Assembly: GCA_963745475.1 (NCBI GenBank)
Contig: CAVUXN010000006.1
Span: 383,718-447,717 of the forward strand
Direction of reading: 5' to 3'
Source of the DNA: an uncultured delta proteobacterium
GTDB lineage: Bacteria > Myxococcota > Myxococcia > Myxococcales > Myxococcaceae
DNA length: 64,000 nt
Each line of letters starts with the position of its first letter. Positions within the stretch are counted from its first letter, which is position 1. Shown piece by piece: positions 58,676 to 64,000 of the stretch. The notes under the pieces are model-generated. The model worked only from the letters and a program-made list of their open reading frames with translations, ran no database searches and was not told the DNA's origin. Both the position numbers and the translations under genes were made by a program.

Positions 58676-59875
58676 TCAGGCGCTGGCGGCACGCAGCGCG
58701 GCTGCTGCATTCTGCGGACGAGAAAGTACGTCAATGGCCGCCGCCAGTCCCGAGGCCTGAAAGGGAACTCCCGCCGAGCGGAGACCGAGCTCCACTCCGG
58801 CCAGGCTCCCCATGAGCATCAAGTCGTTGAAGTCACCCAGGTGGCCGATGCGGAAAATGCGCCCCTGCAGCTTGCCCAGACCGGCTCCCAGAGAAATGTC
58901 CCAGCCCTGCAACGCCGCGGCGCGAAAGTGGTCGGAGTCGTGTCCCACCGGCATCACCACCGCCGTCAAGGAGCTCGAGTACTCGGCCGGGTCGAGCGGC
59001 AAGAGTTCCAAACCCCACCCCCGCACGGCGGCACGTGTCGCTTCGGCAAGACGCGAATGCCGTGCAAACACCTGAGGCAGCCCCTCCTCTTGCAGCATCC
59101 GGAGGGATTCGCGGAGGCCGTACAGGAGGTTGGTGGCAGGCGTATAGGGGAAGAATCCACTCGAGTTCGGCTTGAGCATCTCTTGCCAATCCCAGTAGCT
59201 CCGCGGCATGCGAGCGACGCGGCTGGCAGCGAGGGCCTTGTCCGACAGCGCGTTGAAGCCCAACCCGGGCGGCAACATCAGGCCTTTCTGAGAACCGCCC
59301 ACGGTGACATCCACTCCCCATTCATCGTGGCGGTAGTCGATGGAGGCCAGCGAGGAGATGGTGTCCACCATCAAGAGCGCCGGGTGCCCCGCGCGGTCGA
59401 TGGCGCGGCGCACTTCATTGATGCGGCTGGTAACACCTGTGGACGTCTCGTTGTGCACCACCATCACCGCGCGCACGTTCTGCGTCCGGTCCTCTTTCAG
59501 CCGGCGCTCGACCTCCTGCGGATTGACACCGTGCCGCCAGTCACCGGGAACGAAGTCGACCTCGAGCCCCAGGCGCTGCGCCATTCCTCGCCACAGCGTC
59601 GCGAAGTGGCCGGTCTCCACCATCAGCACCCGGTCGCCGGGATTGAGCGCGTTGACGATGGCTGCTTCCCACGCGCCGGTTCCCGAGGAGGGGAAAATGA
59701 CGACGTGGCCCGACGTTTGGAAGACGGCGCGGCACCCTTCGAGAACTTCGCGCCCCAGCGCCTGGAAGTCGGGGCCGCGATGGTCGATGGTTGGTAAGTC
59801 CATCGCCCGGAGGATTCGGTCCGGCACGTTCGTCGGCCCGGGAATCTGCAGAAAATGACGTCCGCGCCGAGTCAT
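58676..59875 (-). CDS. class V aminotransferase (serine/alanine--glyoxylate aminotransferase type)
   Basis: Starts MTRRGRHFLQIPGPTNVPDRILRAM (ATG 59875). FPSSGTGAWEAA, VVHNETSTGV and VGGSQKGLMLPPGLGF (PLP lysine). Confidence 0.9.
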   Translation of the reverse strand: MTRRGRHFLQIPGPTNVPDRILRAMDLPTIDHRGPDFQALGREVLEGCRAVFQTSGHVVIFPSSGTGAWEAAIVNALNPGDRVLMVETGHFATLWRGMAQRLGLEVDFVPGDWRHGVNPQEVERRLKEDRTQNVRAVMVVHNETSTGVTSRINEVRRAIDRAGHPALLMVDTISSLASIDYRHDEWGVDVTVGGSQKGLMLPPGLGFNALSDKALAASRVARMPRSYWDWQEMLKPNSSGFFPYTPATNLLYGLRESLRMLQEEGLPQVFARHSRLAEATRAAVRGWGLELLPLDPAEYSSSLTAVVMPVGHDSDHFRAAALQGWDISLGAGLGKLQGRIFRIGHLGDFNDLMLMGSLAGVELGLRSAGVPFQASGLAAAIDVLSRPQNAAAALRAASA

Positions 59876-59981
59876 CCACCCTCCGCAACAGCACGCAAAA
59901 GCCAAAGGACGATGTCATGCGGCCCGTTCAGGGTGCAACCCAAGGACGAGTGCGGAAGACGCCTCTGGCGGCCCGCCGGGC

Positions 59982-61364
59982 TTAGCCGCGGACCCGAGTC
60001 CCCGTCAGGGGTACATCCTGTGACTCCTGCTCGAGCGCTTCGGCGATGGCATCCAACTCTGCCCCAAGCGCCTGCACCCCGTGTTCGAGGTCCGCCGCTG
60101 AAGCAAGGCCGGCCTCTGCCCCAGTGGTACGGAGCCGAACAAACTGCGCCGCCAGCCCCTCCAGCGTATAAACGAGGCGCATCCGTTCTGCTTGCAGGCG
60201 GTCGGCACTCAACGTGAGCAACTCACGTTGGCGCCGTTGCTCCTCGAGAGCGGAGACCGCCCCCAGCAGCGACTGGCGAATGCGCTCGTCGGTCTCCGTG
60301 CCCAGACGTTCCTCCAGCGCCCGCTTGTCTTCTTCCAGCCGGGCGAGTGCCTTCGGGTCAAGCTCGACGCGCAGAGCTTGTTCGCGGCGATAGAGGTCAT
60401 CACAGCTGCGCCGCAACGCGACGACGGTTGCTTCCGACGCTCCGATGAAGCTTCGCACGTGCTCCGGGGCAGCGCGGAGTTCGGCAGCCAGCCGGTCACA
60501 GGCGGCTTGGGCGCGCACTTCTGCTGGGTCGCGCACAACCAGCGGAGGTGGCAGCCCGGGTAGATGCTCCTTAAGCCACCCGGCGCTCACCGTGGCACCG
60601 GCACGCAGCCGCATCCCGGGTGGCACCTGAACGCCCTTACCGACCGTTGCACCCCAGCCCACAATGGCGTTTGCACCGACGACGGCACCCGCGCGCACCG
60701 TCGCCCCCCAGGACACCACCGCGCCACTTTCGACGACGGCATTCTGTCCGACCGTGGCGCCCATACCGACCAAAGCCCCGGACCGAATGATGGCGCCGCT
60801 TCGGACGGTCGAGCCCATTTCGAGGACAGCGCCGGGTTCGACGACTGCCCCAGAAGAAACGTTGGCTCCCATGCCAATGCGCGCCGCAACGCCCGGCCGA
60901 GCGGGTTTGGACTGCGTCCAACCCCGGCCCAGAAGCAGGGCACCGCTCACGCCCAGGGCTAGGCCGAGCGGCAAGAAAACGCCCATTCCCGTGACAGCGA
61001 GAATGACAAAGGCGACACCGGAGAGCCCGACCAGCGCCGCCCCCCACTTTCCGACGCGCGGGAAGCCGGGCATGGACTGAGAGGCCACGACCTGTGGTGC
61101 CGTTGCGCGCTCCAGAGCGACTCTCATTCGAGTCAGACTCCGCTCCAGCGTCGCCTCCGTGCTTTTGGGCTCGTCAGCCAAATACTCCTCCGTCCAAGAC
61201 TTACCGCTCGGGCGTTCTAGACCAGAGAGGCATCCGTCGAGAATGGCGGAGGGTGCAATGCCTTGAGCGACCCAACATGCAGACTGCGTGCCTTGTTCTG
61301 CTCGCCAGGCGGGCGACGGGCCGGCCTCAAGAGGGACACCTCCTCCCCTGTGACTCACCAGCAT
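59982..61364 (-). CDS. membrane protein with a left-handed beta-helix (hexapeptide-repeat) domain and a long C-terminal coiled coil
   Basis: 460-aa ORF. Two adjacent hydrophobic helices (WGAALVGLSGVAFVILAVTG, VFLPLGLALGVSGALLLG). Sixteen uninterrupted hexads run from GANVSS to GATVSA. An Arg/Glu/Leu-rich helical tail follows. Confidence 0.6.
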   Translation of the reverse strand: MLVSHRGGGVPLEAGPSPAWRAEQGTQSACWVAQGIAPSAILDGCLSGLERPSGKSWTEEYLADEPKSTEATLERSLTRMRVALERATAPQVVASQSMPGFPRVGKWGAALVGLSGVAFVILAVTGMGVFLPLGLALGVSGALLLGRGWTQSKPARPGVAARIGMGANVSSGAVVEPGAVLEMGSTVRSGAIIRSGALVGMGATVGQNAVVESGAVVSWGATVRAGAVVGANAIVGWGATVGKGVQVPPGMRLRAGATVSAGWLKEHLPGLPPPLVVRDPAEVRAQAACDRLAAELRAAPEHVRSFIGASEATVVALRRSCDDLYRREQALRVELDPKALARLEEDKRALEERLGTETDERIRQSLLGAVSALEEQRRQRELLTLSADRLQAERMRLVYTLEGLAAQFVRLRTTGAEAGLASAADLEHGVQALGAELDAIAEALEQESQDVPLTGTRVRG

Positions 61365-61487
61365 CCCGCCGCCTCAGAAAGGTCACCGGAGCTTGCCCTC
61401 CACGCAGCTGGATAGCCACGGGCCGTCAATAAGAGGCCCATGCCGACGCGCGACCTGGCTCGGCTTCAAGAGAAAAAGGGAGGACAC

Positions 61488-63587
61488 ATGCCGTCTCAAC
61501 ACACCGTGAAGAAGTGGAAAAACCTGCTCCGTGTCGGGTTGGCGATTCCGTTGTTTCTGAGTGGGCAACTGGTGGGCTTCGCGCGAGCAGACGAGGATTC
61601 TCGCCGAGACCGAGACCACCGGCACAAGGGCGACACGCGGACGCCCATCAAGCACGTCATCGTCATCATCGGAGAGAACCGAACGTTCGACCACATTTTC
61701 GCGACTTACGTGCCGAAGCACGGCGAGTCGGTCCGCAACCTCCTTTCGGAGGGCATCGTCAACGCGGACGGAACTCCGGGACCTCACTACAAGAAGGCCA
61801 TCCAGTACCAAGCTTCTGACATCGCGCCCGACCCGTATTCCAATGCTCCCGAGAAGGCAGGCGCGTACACCACCCTGCCGGCGGTACTGACCGGGGGCGC
61901 CCCGACGACGCCTTTCCTTTCCAGTCTTGCCGAGGCCATGGCAGTCGAGAATGGCCTCGCCGACGACTACTACCAATTCCTCATTACGGGCGGCACGGGT
62001 TTGCCGAAATTTGGACCTGACACCCGCATTTCTTACGCCGGGAAGAACTATGCCAATTTGCCGCCGGGGCCCTTCCAGCTGACTCCGGGAGTCCCCTACG
62101 ACTCGTATGCCGCGAGCCCGGTGCACCGCTTCTACCAAATGCGGCAACAGGTGGACTGCGAGGCGAAACGCTCAACGGACCGCAATCCATCAGGCTGCGA
62201 CAACCGTCTCTTCGCCTGGGTCGAAGTCACCATCGGCGCCGGCAACAATGGTCAGACGCAGTCGCAATATACGGGCGGGAAGCCTTTCACCGATGCGTCG
62301 ACGGGCGAAGGCAGCACCGCGCTCGGCTTCTACAACGTCCAGCAGGGCGACGCCCCCTACCTCAAGCATCTCGCTGACACCTATTCGATGAGCGACAACT
62401 ACCACCAGGCCGTTTACGGCGGCACAGGAGCCAATCACGTGATGATGGGCACTGGCGATGCCATCTGGTTCAGCGACGGCAATGGCAATCCCGCCATTCC
62501 GCCCGAAAACACAACTGTTTACCCCACGAGCCTGTGCCCCGCGGGTGGCTCCACTGCGACGAATTGCGGCAACCAGGGCATTGTCAATGAGATCGAAAAC
62601 CCTGACCCGCAGGACGGCACCAACAACTGGTACGTCGAGGACGGCTACGGCGGCAACGGCTTTAGCTCTCTGCCGGCCTTTGGAGGAGGCACCTACAGCG
62701 ACTGCTCGGACGCGACACAGCCCGGGGTGAAGGACGTACTGCCTTACCTCTCTGAGCTCCAGGTCCCGACGCGGTGCGAGCCGGGCCATTACTACCTCCT
62801 CAACAACTACAACCCTGGCTACTTCGGCGACGGCACCAACGCCTATACGGACACCAACAACAACAACTACGTGTTCACCATCCCGCCCTCCTCCCTACGC
62901 ACCATTGGGGACGAGCTCCTCGAGAAGGACATCTCCTGGGGGTACTACGGTGACCAATGGAACCGCTACTTGGCGGACAAGTACGACCAGAATCCGGCCG
63001 ACGTGTACTGCAACATCTGCAACTTTGAACAGTATTCGACCTCCATCATGACCAACGACGCTGTCCGGACGACGCACCTCTTGGACACGACTGACCTCTA
63101 CGACGGCATTGCGAACGACTATCTGCCTGCGGTGGCGTTCGTGAAACCGAGCGGTCTGGTCGATGGACACCCGGCCTCCTCGAAACTGAATCTCTTCGAA
63201 GGCTTCGTGAAAAAAATCGTCGACCTCGTCAAGGCGCATCCCAACCTGTGGAAAGACACTGCCATCTTCGTCACGTTCGACGAGGGTGGTGGTTACTACG
63301 ACTCGGGCTACGTTCAGCAGCTCGACTACTTTGGCGACGGAACGCGCACTCCGATGATTGTCGTTTCGCCCTATTCGACCGGCGGCCACATTTCGCATAC
63401 CTATACGGACCACGTCTCTCCGCTGAAGTTCATCGAGTACAACTGGCGGCTGCCACCGCTCACCAAGCGCAGTCGGGACAATTTCCCCAACCCTGTCGCG
63501 TCTTGGAACGACCCTTACGTTCCGGTGAACGGCCCGGCCATCGGCGACCTGACGGACTTGTTCCACTTCGAGCGCTGCGACCGGTAA
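61488..63587 (+). CDS. phosphoesterase-family protein (phospholipase C / acid phosphatase AcpA type), exported
   Basis: ATG 61488 with a GGGAGGA SD. Signal-like LLRVGLAIPLFLSGQLVGFARA. IKHVIVIIGENRTFDHIF and C-terminal IFVTFDEGGGYYD..YFGDGTRTPMIVVSPY. Confidence 0.85.
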   Translation: MPSQHTVKKWKNLLRVGLAIPLFLSGQLVGFARADEDSRRDRDHRHKGDTRTPIKHVIVIIGENRTFDHIFATYVPKHGESVRNLLSEGIVNADGTPGPHYKKAIQYQASDIAPDPYSNAPEKAGAYTTLPAVLTGGAPTTPFLSSLAEAMAVENGLADDYYQFLITGGTGLPKFGPDTRISYAGKNYANLPPGPFQLTPGVPYDSYAASPVHRFYQMRQQVDCEAKRSTDRNPSGCDNRLFAWVEVTIGAGNNGQTQSQYTGGKPFTDASTGEGSTALGFYNVQQGDAPYLKHLADTYSMSDNYHQAVYGGTGANHVMMGTGDAIWFSDGNGNPAIPPENTTVYPTSLCPAGGSTATNCGNQGIVNEIENPDPQDGTNNWYVEDGYGGNGFSSLPAFGGGTYSDCSDATQPGVKDVLPYLSELQVPTRCEPGHYYLLNNYNPGYFGDGTNAYTDTNNNNYVFTIPPSSLRTIGDELLEKDISWGYYGDQWNRYLADKYDQNPADVYCNICNFEQYSTSIMTNDAVRTTHLLDTTDLYDGIANDYLPAVAFVKPSGLVDGHPASSKLNLFEGFVKKIVDLVKAHPNLWKDTAIFVTFDEGGGYYDSGYVQQLDYFGDGTRTPMIVVSPYSTGGHISHTYTDHVSPLKFIEYNWRLPPLTKRSRDNFPNPVASWNDPYVPVNGPAIGDLTDLFHFERCDR

Positions 63588-63813
63588 CACCGGACACTCT
63601 CTTCCGGACGCGCGAGGGCGACTGGGTCGCCCTCGCGCTGGGGCCTCGGCAAGTGCCCGGAACGCCCAGAATTGGTAAGAGCTATTGGGCCGAGCGCGCA
63701 TAAGCCGGGTGGCCACCGGACTAGGCTTTTGACGCACACTTTTCCGGTTGAATTGAGGCCGAGCTGTGAGGTTGGGCGGCTCGCGGCGAGCCAAAGACGC
63801 GCTCGACACGACG

Positions 63814-64000
63814 ATGACCAGAACTCACCTTGCGCTGCTCTTGACACTTGGATTCAGCGTGCTGGGTGTGGTCGGCGACTATTTCCTGAAGGTTGCCAGC
63901 CTTTCGGACAGGCCGCTTCGCACCACGGCATTCTACGTCGGCTTCGCCGTTTATGGCTCGACGGCACTGGGCTGGCTGTTCGCGATGCGCCACTTGAAGC
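63814..64000 (+). CDS. small multidrug-resistance/DMT-like membrane protein, N-terminal part; runs off the right edge
   Basis: My own translation from ATG 63814: MTRTHLALLLTLGFSVLGVVGDYFLKVASLSDRPLRTTAFYVGFAVYGSTALGWLFAMRHLK. It resembles EmrE/ArnE-type four-helix transporters. Confidence 0.45.
   Translation, partial: MTRTHLALLLTLGFSVLGVVGDYFLKVASLSDRPLRTTAFYVGFAVYGSTALGWLFAMRHLK

Overview
This is a high-GC bacterial chromosomal segment, most likely from a myxobacterium. The evidence is a metalloprotease ending in a MYXO-CTERM-like tail (GGC, hydrophobic helix, RRRRR) and lipoproteins with Asp/Gly/Pro-rich linkers. All family calls come from reading the translations and from remembered motifs; no database search was possible.

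Layout:
- 1-18.7 kb: mostly housekeeping genes (purM-purN, rpmB, gltX). It also holds a cAMP cassette (CHASE2 cyclase, Crp-like receptor, class II phosphodiesterase), a minus-strand cluster of exported peptidases plus a ferritin-like protein, and an ECF sigma / zinc anti-sigma pair divergent from an apparently exported TPR-CHAT protein.
- 18.7-25.4 kb: a tRNA-Gln(CTG) gene followed by a segment closed by an exact 23-nt copy of the tRNA 3' end. This looks like an integrase-less island remnant. It carries a GMC oxidoreductase, a PGM1-like ATP-grasp ligase, a stand-alone E2-type acyltransferase, an antitoxin with a decayed Doc-like toxin, and a decayed SDR gene.
- 25.4-31.3 kb: visibly less GC-rich and gene-poor, with orphan genes (TM-GAF, GFA, YeaQ, amine oxidase).
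- 31.3-64 kb: a lipoprotein/TonB-dependent receptor pair, small exported proteins, a GGDEF cyclase, DoxX, OsmC, receiver proteins, a sulfatase, rpiA, a crotonase and fumC. fumC is flanked by two paralogous Trp/Tyr/Gly/His-rich exported proteins. Further on are GH9, a GlxA-type regulator with an exported DJ-1 protein, a hydroxyacid oxidase / MFS / aminotransferase operon, a membrane hexapeptide-repeat coiled-coil protein and a phospholipase-C-type phosphoesterase.

Three otherwise intact conserved genes carry apparent single-nucleotide frameshifts. These are either assembly indels or real pseudogenes.

No CRISPR array, integrase, transposase, reverse transcriptase or rRNA was seen. I could not identify one clear novel system. 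The best candidates for follow-up are the ECF/ZAS/exported-CHAT module, the tRNA-Gln island cargo, the aromatic-rich paralogs and the membrane hexapeptide-repeat coiled-coil protein.
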